Below are positions 48,081-56,591 of a stretch of 64,000 nt of DNA, in pieces. The first letter of the stretch is position 1, and every line of letters starts with the position of its first letter. The notes under the pieces are model-generated. The model was not told the DNA's origin and did not search any database. It was given only the letters and a program-made list of their open reading frames with translations. Source of the DNA: Candidatus Eiseniibacteriota bacterium (GTDB taxonomy: Bacteria > Eisenbacteria > RBG-16-71-46 > JABDJR01); the NCBI GenBank assembly GCA_963783375.1, contig CAWANH010000028.1, forward strand, positions 366,491-430,490, given 5' to 3'. The position numbers and the translations under genes were made by a program.

Positions 48081-48109
48081 TTGACTCGGCCTGGTTATGG
48101 GCATATGCT
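48081..48109 (+). promoter_or_regulatory. Candidate sigma70 promoter: -35 TTGACT (48081-48086), 17-nt spacer, -10 TATGCT (48104-48109), with RBS AAGGAGAGG (48121-48129) before the ATG at 48132.
   Basis: Direct reading of the 400-bp divergent intergenic region between the Mo-hydroxylase operon (-) and the DUF134 gene (+). Confidence 0.45.
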
Positions 48110-48131
48110 TATAACCACGAAAGGAGAGGCG

Positions 48132-48716
48132 ATGCCCCGACCCCACAAGTGCCGGTTCGTCGGCCTCGATCCCACGGTCACCGTGTTCAAACCGCGCGGC
48201 GTGCCCTCGGGCGAGCTGACCGCGGTGGAACTCCCCCGGGACGAGCTGGAGGCGATTCGCCTCGCCGATCTCGAGGGCCTCTACCAGGATGAGGCGGCGG
48301 AGCGGATGGGCGTCTCCCGGGCCACCCTCGGCCGGCTGGTCCGTTCGGGCCGGGCCAAGGTGGCCGATGCCCTCGTGAACGGAAAGATGATCAGTTTCAA
48401 AGGTGGAGTGATTGCCATGACGACAGAAAGACGTTTCGAATGCGAAGTCTGCGGGGAGGCCTTCGAGGTCCCCCAGGGAACGGGAAGGCCGGCGGCCTGC
48501 CCCGCCTGCGGATCCGGCCGCTTTCACCGAACCGACGACGCCCCCGGGCGGGGTGCGCGCGGCCCCGGTCGAGGCGGCATGGGAGCCTCCGGGGGGGAGG
48601 AGGAGGAGGGCGGCGGATCCAGGCCCGCCGCCGGCGTCGCGACGGCACCGGCCGAAAGACCCGGGTCGCCGCCGTGGAAAAGGAGAAACCGTGAGAATTG
48701 CCGTGGCCTCGGATGA
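48132..48716 (+). CDS. DUF134 (UPF0251) family putative DNA-binding protein with a C-terminal Cys4 zinc ribbon and a disordered tail.
   Basis: MPRPHKCRFVGLDPTVTVFKPRGVPSGELTAVELPRDELEAIRLADLEGLYQDEAAERMGVSRATLGRLVRSGRAKVADALVNGK is the DUF134 signature (MPRPxKxR...FKPxG...EALRLxDxEGL...VSRxTF). Then CEVCGEAFEV...CPACGSGRF. The 3' end is uncertain and overlaps the next gene by 26 nt. Confidence 0.6.
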   Translation: MPRPHKCRFVGLDPTVTVFKPRGVPSGELTAVELPRDELEAIRLADLEGLYQDEAAERMGVSRATLGRLVRSGRAKVADALVNGKMISFKGGVIAMTTERRFECEVCGEAFEVPQGTGRPAACPACGSGRFHRTDDAPGRGARGPGRGGMGASGGEEEEGGGSRPAAGVATAPAERPGSPPWKRRNRENCRGLG

Positions 48717-49080
48717 CGAACGCGGAGTGGCCGGGCATCCCGGACGGGTGAGGGGATTCGTGATCCTGGCCCGCGAAGAAGGAGTCTTCCGCCGGGTCGA
48801 GTACCGGCTGAACCCCATGGCCCACCATCACGCGGAGCGGATGGCGGGGGGCGGGGACGATCACCACGGCCACCACGACCATGGGAGCCTGATCGGCGCC
48901 CTCGGCGACTGCGAGGCGCTGATCGTGGGGGGGATCGGCCCGCGGCTGGTCGACGACCTGAACGCCCACCGGATCGGGGTCTACGTGAGCGACGCGCTCA
49001 CCGTCGAGGAGGCGGCGGGCCGGCTGGCCGCCGGGCGGATCCAGCCCTTGCGTTCAGGCGGTGCCTGCCACGAACATTGA
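48691..49080 (+). CDS. Dinitrogenase Fe-Mo-cofactor-binding domain protein (NifX/NifB-C-terminal/NafY-like, PF02579).
   Basis: GTG 48691 preceded by AAAGGAGAAACC. VRIAVASDDERGVAGHPGRVRGFVIL...HHGHHDHGSLIGALGDCEALIVGGIGPRLVDDLNAHRIGVYV follows the Nitro_FeMo-Co domain pattern. 129 aa. Confidence 0.65.
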   Translation: MRIAVASDDERGVAGHPGRVRGFVILAREEGVFRRVEYRLNPMAHHHAERMAGGGDDHHGHHDHGSLIGALGDCEALIVGGIGPRLVDDLNAHRIGVYVSDALTVEEAAGRLAAGRIQPLRSGGACHEH

Positions 49081-49083
49081 ACC

Positions 49084-49572
49084 ATGACGCGGGACGTGGC
49101 CCCGAACACTTCGGGATTGTCCGACAGCGACGCCGAGGAACACCTCGCGGGGGAGACGATCGACTTTGCCCGGTCGTGTCACCCCGCCTGCTTCGCGTGC
49201 CGTGAGCCGGGCCGCGGGGGGCTGGGGCTCCGGTTCCGGACCCGGGCCGACGGCTCGGTGACCGCGCGGTTCCCGGACCCGTCGGGTTACCAGGGGTACC
49301 CGGAGCGCATGCACGGCGGCATCGTGGCCATGCTGGTCGATGCCGCCATGACCCATTGCCTGTTCGCCCGCCGCGTCCAGGCGGTGACTGCCCGCCTGGA
49401 CATCCGCTACCGCCGCCCGGTGAGTACCGAGTGCCCCATCCGGGTGACCGCGCGGTTGCTTCGCCGGCGGAAGCGTCTCTACGTCCTCGTCGCGGAGATC
49501 ATCCAGGAAGGCGTGGTGCGCGCGAGCGCCGAGGGCCGGTTCCTGGAGCCGCCCGGGGAGAGCCCGGCCTGA
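49084..49572 (+). CDS. PaaI / hotdog-fold thioesterase family protein.
   Basis: ...SCHPACFACREPGRGGLGLRF...GYPERMHGGIVAMLVDAAMTHCLF is the PaaI-type (4HBT_2) signature. 162 aa. Confidence 0.6.
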   Translation: MTRDVAPNTSGLSDSDAEEHLAGETIDFARSCHPACFACREPGRGGLGLRFRTRADGSVTARFPDPSGYQGYPERMHGGIVAMLVDAAMTHCLFARRVQAVTARLDIRYRRPVSTECPIRVTARLLRRRKRLYVLVAEIIQEGVVRASAEGRFLEPPGESPA

Positions 49573-49651
49573 CCCGTCGCGCCGCGGACGCGCCCCGGAT
49601 CCGGCCTGCCCGTGGGTCGGACGCGACCGGATTCGGGGTCCGCCCGAACCT

Positions 49652-50590
49652 CTACCGGTTGAGCAGCACCTTCCGGGTGGTGCGGACATCGCCGGCCCGG
49701 AGCTCCACGAAGTAGATCCCCGAAGGCGCGGCACCTCCTCCCGTGTCCCGCCCGTCCCAGCTCAGGGCGTGGGTCCCGGCGGAGAACTCCCGGTCGGCCA
49801 AGACGGCCACCCGGCGCCCGTCGATCCCGTACACCGTCACCGCGGCCGGACCGTCCGCGGCCAGGAAGAACTGGACCGAGGTGGCGCCGGCGAAGGGGTT
49901 CGGTTCGGGGTTCATGAGGAAGGCGGGAACGTTCGCGGCGATCTGGGGATCTCCGACCCCGGTCTGTCCGCAGTCGGTCCTCCGGTAGATCACGTAGAAG
50001 ATCCAGTCCCCGCCCAGGCCCTGGGAGCAGATGTCCTGCCAGCCGCCGGGGATGGCCTTGATCACGTTCTTTCCGCCCCCGGTGCAGCCGTTTCCGTCGT
50101 GGACCACGCTCCCCGCGTTCAGATCGTTGGCGTTGTCCGAGGCGAATTCCAGGGTCACGGTGAAGGGCCCCGAGTTCAGGATCACGTTTCCGACCTGGGA
50201 TTCCAGGTTGAACTCGTTGATGGCCCCGTCGGTGAGGACCGGGCCGAGGAGGTCGTAGAGCCTCGCTCCGGGATTGGGGAGCCCGGCGCCGTAGACGTTG
50301 ATGGCCTGTTCCAGGGTCTGGCCGGAGACGCCGAAATAGGATGCCCAGCCTACCCCGACCTTCAGGATCTCGATCGGATAGTCGCCGGCGGGGGCGTCCA
50401 GCACCACCCCGGCCTCCTCCCCGGCCACGAAGCAGGGGCAGACGACCTGGCCCCCACCCGAGTACCACTGAAGCGGCGCTTCGGGGGGGCAGGTCTGGGC
50501 CGAAGCGCCGGAAGCGGCGCCCAGGAAACCCAGGAGGCAGGGAAGAAGGAGGGCGGACGAGAGCCGGAGACCCGAGCGCAAGGAAGTCAT
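49652..50590 (-). CDS. Secreted protein (312 aa) with signal peptide and C-terminal T9SS type-A sorting domain; function unknown.
   Basis: ATG 50590: MTSLRSGLRLSSALLLPCLLGFLGAASGASA. C-terminus NPEPNPFAGATSVQFFLAADGPAAVTVYGIDGRRVAVLADREF...SGIYFVELRAGDVRTTRKVLLNR. Confidence 0.55.
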   Translation of the reverse strand: MTSLRSGLRLSSALLLPCLLGFLGAASGASAQTCPPEAPLQWYSGGGQVVCPCFVAGEEAGVVLDAPAGDYPIEILKVGVGWASYFGVSGQTLEQAINVYGAGLPNPGARLYDLLGPVLTDGAINEFNLESQVGNVILNSGPFTVTLEFASDNANDLNAGSVVHDGNGCTGGGKNVIKAIPGGWQDICSQGLGGDWIFYVIYRRTDCGQTGVGDPQIAANVPAFLMNPEPNPFAGATSVQFFLAADGPAAVTVYGIDGRRVAVLADREFSAGTHALSWDGRDTGGGAAPSGIYFVELRAGDVRTTRKVLLNR

Positions 50591-50792
50591 GGGGGGACCT
50601 CGCTTTCGGGACGGGTTGGGTTGTCGATGGTCGCGACGAGGTTTGATTGTAGCGATTTCAGGACCCTCGAACAAGAATCCCGTGTCCAATTCCATCCCCG
50701 CGGGCCAAATGCCCCATTCCGTCGACCCTGGCGCGCCGGGAAGCGGCCTCGTACACTGGAGGCGGTCCCCGAACCACAAGGAGCGGCCCGTC

Positions 50793-51932
50793 ATGACCCC
50801 ATCCGTTCCCCCCTCCGAGCCGGATCCCGGCGTCCGGCCCGAAAACGGCGCCGGCGCCCAGGACGCGATGAGCCTCCTGGACGCGGCCTCGTCCCAGACC
50901 CCGATCATCGACCCCCGACTCGACGCCCAGCGCCGGACCGCCGCCGATCCGAGCCTCCCCCTGGAGGACCGCCTGGAGGCCTACGAGGACATCATGGAGT
51001 CCGAGGTCGGGGACACCGTGCTCACCCGGGCCCGGAACATCGAGCGTGAGGTGGGCCTCCGCCAGATCTTCCTCAAGTTCGAGGGAGGAAACCCCACCGG
51101 GAGCCAGAAGGACCGCATCGCCTTCGCCCAGGTCCTCGACGCGATGCGCCGGGGCTTCGACGCCATCACCGTGGCCACCTGCGGAAACTTCGGCGCCGCG
51201 ATGGCGGTGGCCGCCGCCTTCGCCAACCTGCGCTGCATCATCCACATTCCGGTGAGCTACCACTCCCGGCGGGTGAAGGAGATCACCGACCAGGGAGCGG
51301 AAATCGTGCGGGTGGAGGGCGACTACGAGGCGGCGGTGCAGAAATCCCAGCGCGAGGCCGAGGAACACGATTACTACGACGCCAACCCCGGCGGGCCGAA
51401 CACGCCGCTCCAGCTTCGCGGCTACGGCGAGATCGCCTACGAGATCTACGACGACCTCCGCGACGCCCCCGCCGCGGTGGCCGTCCCGGTGTCCAACGGC
51501 ACCACCCTGGCCGGAATCTACCGGGGCTTCGTGAGCCTCCATCGCCGCGGGAAGACCTCGCGCATTCCGCGCATGATCGCCGGGTCCTCCTACAACAAGA
51601 ACCCCATCATCCAGGCCTGGCTGAAGAACCTCCCCGCCTGTGAGGACCTGAAGCCGGAATCGGTGAAGGAAACCCCGGTGAACGAACCCCTCATCAACTG
51701 GCACTCCATCGACGGGGACTACGCCCTGGAAGCGGTGCGGGGGACCGGGGGGTGGGCATCCTACGGGAGCGACAAGGCCATGCTCGCCGAGGCCCGCCGG
51801 ATCCGGGACAGCGAGGGGCTGAACGTGCTCCCCGCCTCCACCGCCGGGCTCCTGGGCCTCCTCGACCGTCACGCCCGCGAACCCCTGGCCCCCGACCGTT
51901 ACGTGGTCGTCCTCACCGGGAGAAAACAATGA
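50793..51932 (+). CDS. Fold-type II PLP-dependent enzyme (threonine-synthase / Trp-synthase-beta-like superfamily), 379 aa.
   Basis: ATG 50793 with AAGGAG 10 nt upstream. IFLKFEGGNPTGSQKDRIAFAQVLDAMRRG is the PLP-lysine motif (S-x-K-D-R). Its stop overlaps the next start (ATGA). Confidence 0.65.
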   Translation: MTPSVPPSEPDPGVRPENGAGAQDAMSLLDAASSQTPIIDPRLDAQRRTAADPSLPLEDRLEAYEDIMESEVGDTVLTRARNIEREVGLRQIFLKFEGGNPTGSQKDRIAFAQVLDAMRRGFDAITVATCGNFGAAMAVAAAFANLRCIIHIPVSYHSRRVKEITDQGAEIVRVEGDYEAAVQKSQREAEEHDYYDANPGGPNTPLQLRGYGEIAYEIYDDLRDAPAAVAVPVSNGTTLAGIYRGFVSLHRRGKTSRIPRMIAGSSYNKNPIIQAWLKNLPACEDLKPESVKETPVNEPLINWHSIDGDYALEAVRGTGGWASYGSDKAMLAEARRIRDSEGLNVLPASTAGLLGLLDRHAREPLAPDRYVVVLTGRKQ

Positions 51933-53023
51933 GCGGCTTCCCCGAGGGAAACGCGATCGTCTATTGCGAGGGGTCCTTCGGGACCCCCAACGGCAAGACC
52001 GCCCACGGGCTGGTCCGCCGCACCCGCCGCTACCGGGTGCTGTCGGTGGTGGACTCGGGGAACGCGGGGCGGGACGCCGGGGAGATCCTCGACGGTCGCC
52101 CGAACCGCGTCCCGGTCCTCGCATCGATCCCCGAGGCCGTCGCGCGCGCGGCGGAGGCCGGCCGGCCGGCCACCCACCTCGTGGTGGGCCTCGCTCCCGA
52201 CGGGGGGCGCCTGAGCCCGGCCGCCCGGCGCGATGTCCTGGCCGCGCTGGAGCGGGGACTCCATGTGGACTGCGGCCTCCACGACTTCCTGTCCGAGGAC
52301 CCCGAAGTCGAGTCGACGGCCATCGCGCACAACGCGCGGATCCGCGACGTCCGAAAGCCTCCGCCCCGGGACGAGCTCCACTTCTTCAGCGGCAGGATCG
52401 AGGAGGTGACCGCGTTCAAGATCGCGGTCCTCGGCACGGATTCCGCGGTGGGGAAACGCACCACCGCCTGGATCCTGGCCGACGCCTTTCGCGAAGCCGG
52501 CCGCTCGGTGGAGATGGTGGGGACCGGCCAGACCGCCTGGATGCAGGGGGTCGGCTACGGCATCATCCTCGACTCCCTGGTGAACGATTTCGTGGCCGGA
52601 GAGATCGAGCACGCGGTGTGGTCGGCGTGGAAGGAAACCGGGGCCGACGTGATCCTGATCGAGGGCCAGGGGAGCCTCATGAACCCGGCCTACCCCGGCG
52701 GGTACGAGATCCTGGCCGCCGGACGCCCCGACGCGGTGGTCCTCCAGCACGCCCCCGCACGTAAGGAATACGACGGGTTCCCGGGGTACCCGCTCCACCC
52801 GGTGGACACCCAGATCCAGGCCATCGAGCTCATCTCCGGAAGGCCGGTGGCCGCGGTGACCGTGAACCACGAGGGGCTGGCCGGCGACGCGATCCCCGCC
52901 GCCTGCGCCGAGATCACCCGGATCACCCACCTCCCCGCGGTGGACGTCCTCATGGACGGGGCCGGCGCGGTGGCGGGGGCCATCATGAACCGGTTCCCGG
53001 TTCCTGGAAAGGAACGTCGATGA
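51929..53023 (+). CDS. DUF1611-family protein (N-terminal Rossmann-like domain plus P-loop-like C-terminal domain; DgcN-like).
   Basis: ATG 51929: MSGFPEGNAIVYCEGSFGTPNGKTAHGLVRRTRRYRVLSVVD...KIAVLGTDSAVGKRTTAWILADAF...VILIEGQGSL is the conserved DUF1611 architecture. 364 aa. Confidence 0.6.
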   Translation: MSGFPEGNAIVYCEGSFGTPNGKTAHGLVRRTRRYRVLSVVDSGNAGRDAGEILDGRPNRVPVLASIPEAVARAAEAGRPATHLVVGLAPDGGRLSPAARRDVLAALERGLHVDCGLHDFLSEDPEVESTAIAHNARIRDVRKPPPRDELHFFSGRIEEVTAFKIAVLGTDSAVGKRTTAWILADAFREAGRSVEMVGTGQTAWMQGVGYGIILDSLVNDFVAGEIEHAVWSAWKETGADVILIEGQGSLMNPAYPGGYEILAAGRPDAVVLQHAPARKEYDGFPGYPLHPVDTQIQAIELISGRPVAAVTVNHEGLAGDAIPAACAEITRITHLPAVDVLMDGAGAVAGAIMNRFPVPGKERR

Positions 53024-55449
53024 GCGAGGACCGCCGCCGCGGAACCGAACGCCGGAAGCTCTCCCGGTCCGCCTCCCCGGGGCGGCGGAACTACGATTCG
53101 CCCGGCGCCGAATCCGACCCGCTCAGGACCCTCGTCGTCCTCGATCGCCTCGAGGTAGGTCCCCCCAAGGTGGAGACGCGCCGGGTGGTCACGCCCTATA
53201 CGGTGCGGGCGGGAAAGACCGTGGATACCTTCGAGTTCGTCTACCGGTACGAGGAGGACGTGTTCGACCCCTCCGAGGCCGGCTCGGTGAACCTGGCCGC
53301 CATGCTCACCGCCCAGCTCGCCCTCAACTACGGCCTCTTCGCCCGGGAGATCGCCTTCGCCGGCCCCTTCGACCGCCACGACCGGCGCTTCCTCACCGAC
53401 ATGGCCCGGAACACCGCCCGCGAGATCTACGTGAAGAAGTTCCTGGAGCCGAACCCCTTCCTGACCGGGGCGGCGGCGGAGCTTCCGGCGGTGGAGCGGG
53501 AGAGCTACCTGGCCGCCGAACTCGAGTTCCCGGACGCCGAGGAGCCCGGGCGGAAAGGCGGCCCGCGAGCGGAGCCGTGGAGGAGCGACCCCGCGCGCCA
53601 TGCCGTCCTCTCCAGCGGCGGGAAGGACAGCCTCCTCTCCTTCGGGCTCCTCCGGGAGATGGGGAAGGAACCGCACCCGATCTTCGTGAACGAATCGGGG
53701 AAGCACTGGTTCACCGCCTTGAACGCCTACCAGGCCCAGGCCGCGCGCTATTCGGAAACCGCGCGGGTCTGGACCAACTCCGACCGGCTCTTCGCCTGGA
53801 TGGCCCGCCGGCTCCCCTTCATTCGCGAGGACTTCCAGAAGCTCCGCTCCGATGAGTACCCGGTGCGGCTCTGGACAGTGGCGGTGTTCCTGTTCGGTGC
53901 GCTCCCGCTGCTCCGCAAACGCGGGATCGGACGTATCGTTATCGGGGACGAGTACGATACCTCGCGGAAGGTCACCACCCGGGGGATTCCCCACTACGAC
54001 GGCCTCTACGACCAGAGCGCCTACTTCGATCATGCCCTCTCCCGCTACTACCGGCTGAAAGGCTGGGGGCTCTCCCAGTTCTCCATCCTCCGTCCCCTTT
54101 CGGAGATGCTGATCGAGAAGACCCTGGTCGAGCGCTATCCCGACCTGCAGAAGGACCAGGTCTCCTGTCACGCCGCCCACAAGGAGGAAGACCGGGTCCA
54201 TCCCTGCGGACAGTGCGAGAAGTGCCGGCGGATCGTGTCGATGCTCACCGCCTTCGAGGCCGACCCGGGGCGCTGCGGCTACTCCCCGGAACAGATCCAG
54301 CGGTGCCTCAAATGGGTGGCGGAGAAGGGCGTGCACCAGGTCAGCGGCGACGCCGAACACCTGGCCTTTCTCCTGGAATCCAGCGGGAAGATCGGCGGAC
54401 CATCGCCCGGTCTCCCCCCGGCCCGCGAACACCCCGAGATCATGCAGCTCCGCTTCGACCCCGACCGCTCACCGGTGACGGCGATCCCGGTGGACCTGCG
54501 CGAGCCCCTGTACCGCATCCTGCTGGAGCATGCCCGGGGCGCGGTGCGAAAGAGCGGCCGGGTGTGGATCGACTACGATCTCCTCGCCGATCCCGCGCTC
54601 ATGCGGCCCTACCGGTTCGAGTCGCCGGGGAAGGGAACCGTGGAGATCTCGGGGAAGGACGCCGGGCCCCGCGCCTATCTCCTGGGCGAGCTCACCTGGC
54701 CCCAGGCCGAAACCCTGCTCAAGACGGTGGACGTGGCGCTCCTCCCGGTGGGCTCCATCGAACAGCACGGACCCCACCTGCCGCTCGACACCGACGCCTT
54801 CGACGCGGACTACCTCTCGCGGGAGGTGGCCAAGGCCTGCAGCGACCCCAAGCCGCTGGTGCTTCCCCTCATCCCCTACGGGGTCTCCTACCATCACGAT
54901 GATTTCAAGGGGACCCTGAGCATCAGTCCCGAGACCCTTTCCCGGCTGGTGTTCGAGATCGGAATGAACGCGGCCCGGAACGGCATCGCCAAGCTGGTGA
55001 TCGTGAACGGCCACGGCGGGAACGCCCCCAGCCTCCACTTCGCCGCCCAGATGATCAACCGCGACGCCCACATCTTCACCTGTGTGGATACCGGCGAGTC
55101 GAGCGATCAGGAGCTGGAGGCGATGAGCGAGACCCAGAACGACGTCCATGCCGGGGAGATCGAGACCAGCACCACGCTGGCCGTGCGGCCGGGCCTGGTG
55201 GATCTCAAGCGGGTCAAGAAGTTCATCCCCCGCTTCTCCAACGACTACCTGGAGTTCAGCTCGGGCCGGAGCGTGGGATGGTACGCCCGCACGGCCAAGA
55301 TCTCCTCCAGCGGGGTGATGGGCGACCCCACCAAGGCGAGCCGGGAGAAGGGGGAGAAGATGTGGGCGGTCATGATCAAGAACCTGGTCGAGTTGGTGGA
55401 GGACATCAAGGGGATGAGCCTCGACGAGATCTACCACTCCCGGTTGTGA
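53020..55449 (+). CDS. Multidomain enzyme (809 aa): N-terminal domain of unknown function, a QueC-like PP-loop ATP pyrophosphatase domain with a Cys-rich Zn site, and a C-terminal creatininase-family (creatinine amidohydrolase / MptB/ArfB-like) hydrolase domain.
   Basis: ATG 53020 overlaps the DUF1611 stop (ATGA). PP-loop AVLSSGGKDSLLSFGL (SGGxDS). VSCHAAHKEEDRVHPCGQCEKCRR resembles the QueC C-terminal zinc motif. Creatininase signatures VALLPVGSIEQHGPHLPLDTDA, LVIVNGHGGN, HAGEIETS. Confidence 0.6.
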   Translation: MSEDRRRGTERRKLSRSASPGRRNYDSPGAESDPLRTLVVLDRLEVGPPKVETRRVVTPYTVRAGKTVDTFEFVYRYEEDVFDPSEAGSVNLAAMLTAQLALNYGLFAREIAFAGPFDRHDRRFLTDMARNTAREIYVKKFLEPNPFLTGAAAELPAVERESYLAAELEFPDAEEPGRKGGPRAEPWRSDPARHAVLSSGGKDSLLSFGLLREMGKEPHPIFVNESGKHWFTALNAYQAQAARYSETARVWTNSDRLFAWMARRLPFIREDFQKLRSDEYPVRLWTVAVFLFGALPLLRKRGIGRIVIGDEYDTSRKVTTRGIPHYDGLYDQSAYFDHALSRYYRLKGWGLSQFSILRPLSEMLIEKTLVERYPDLQKDQVSCHAAHKEEDRVHPCGQCEKCRRIVSMLTAFEADPGRCGYSPEQIQRCLKWVAEKGVHQVSGDAEHLAFLLESSGKIGGPSPGLPPAREHPEIMQLRFDPDRSPVTAIPVDLREPLYRILLEHARGAVRKSGRVWIDYDLLADPALMRPYRFESPGKGTVEISGKDAGPRAYLLGELTWPQAETLLKTVDVALLPVGSIEQHGPHLPLDTDAFDADYLSREVAKACSDPKPLVLPLIPYGVSYHHDDFKGTLSISPETLSRLVFEIGMNAARNGIAKLVIVNGHGGNAPSLHFAAQMINRDAHIFTCVDTGESSDQELEAMSETQNDVHAGEIETSTTLAVRPGLVDLKRVKKFIPRFSNDYLEFSSGRSVGWYARTAKISSSGVMGDPTKASREKGEKMWAVMIKNLVELVEDIKGMSLDEIYHSRL

Positions 55450-55459
55450 GGAGGCGGCG

Positions 55460-56530
55460 GTGAAGATCATCCGGGTGGAGGCCGAGGCGGTCTCCATGCG
55501 TCTCTCCGAGCCCTACTCGATCGCCTACGAATCGGTGGATACCGCGGTCAACGTCATGCTCCGGGTCGAGACCGACACCGGCCTCGTCGGTCTCGGGTGT
55601 TCGGCCCCCGACCAGCCGGTGACCGGCGAGACCCCGGAGTCGGTGCTCCGGGCGGTGGACGGGATCGCCGCTCCCGCGCTCCGGGGCGAGGATCCCCTGT
55701 GCTGGACCCGGCTCCTCGAGCGTCTGCGGGAACCGATGGCGATCCGGCCCGCGGCCCTGGCCGGGGTGGACATGGCCCTCTTCGACCTCCTGGGGAAGGC
55801 GGCGGGGATCGGGGTATGGAAGATCCTGGGAGGATACCGCGACCGCATCGAGACCTCGGTCACCATCGGGATCCTCCCCGAGGCGGAGACCGTGGCCCGG
55901 GCCCGGGCCCGCGCCGCCGAGGGTTTCCGCCGGATCAAGATGAAGGGAGGCCTCGACGTGGAGCTCGACATCGCCCGGGTGCGGCGGGTCCGCGAGGCCC
56001 TGGGGGACGGGGTGGAGCTCCGGTTCGACGCCAACCAGGGCTACTCGGTGGACCAGGCGCTCCGGTTCGTGGACGGAACCAAGGCGGCCCGGCTGGAGAT
56101 CCTGGAACAACCCACCCCCCGAGGCGAGCCCGACCTCATGGGACGGGTGACCCGCGAGGCCGCGGTCCCGGTCATGGCCGACGAGAGCCTGATGACCCTC
56201 CGCGACGTGTACAACCTCGCCCGTCGCGAGCTCGCCGACATGGTGAACGTGAAGCTCATGAAGGTGGGGGGGATCGCCGAGGCGCTCCAGATCAACGGGG
56301 TGGCCCGTTCGGCCGGGCTCGAGGTCATGGTGGGCTGCATGGACGAGGCCGCCCTGGGCATCGCGGCGGGTCTTCACTTCGCCCTGTCCCGCCCCAACGT
56401 GGAGTACGCCGACCTGGACGGACACCTGGGGCTCATCGGGGATCCCAGCGAGGGAGCGGTGATCCTCCGTGACGGCACCCTCTACCCGAGCCAGGGTCCC
56501 GGGTTCGGCTGGGAGCCGGCCGGACCCTGA
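55460..56530 (+). CDS. Enolase-superfamily enzyme of the mandelate racemase/muconate lactonizing (MR/MLE) subgroup, dipeptide-epimerase / N-acyl-amino-acid-racemase-like.
   Basis: GTG 55460 preceded by GAGGAGG. Catalytic signatures RRIKMKGG (KxK), RFDANQGY (metal Asp), EILEQP (Glu), VMADESL (Asp), VKLMKVGG (second Lys). 356 aa. Confidence 0.8.
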   Translation: MKIIRVEAEAVSMRLSEPYSIAYESVDTAVNVMLRVETDTGLVGLGCSAPDQPVTGETPESVLRAVDGIAAPALRGEDPLCWTRLLERLREPMAIRPAALAGVDMALFDLLGKAAGIGVWKILGGYRDRIETSVTIGILPEAETVARARARAAEGFRRIKMKGGLDVELDIARVRRVREALGDGVELRFDANQGYSVDQALRFVDGTKAARLEILEQPTPRGEPDLMGRVTREAAVPVMADESLMTLRDVYNLARRELADMVNVKLMKVGGIAEALQINGVARSAGLEVMVGCMDEAALGIAAGLHFALSRPNVEYADLDGHLGLIGDPSEGAVILRDGTLYPSQGPGFGWEPAGP

Positions 56531-56591
56531 CGCCCTCCACGGGGGCGGTCCGCGCCGTGCCCGGGCGCCGGAGGCCTCGATCGGGCTTCGA

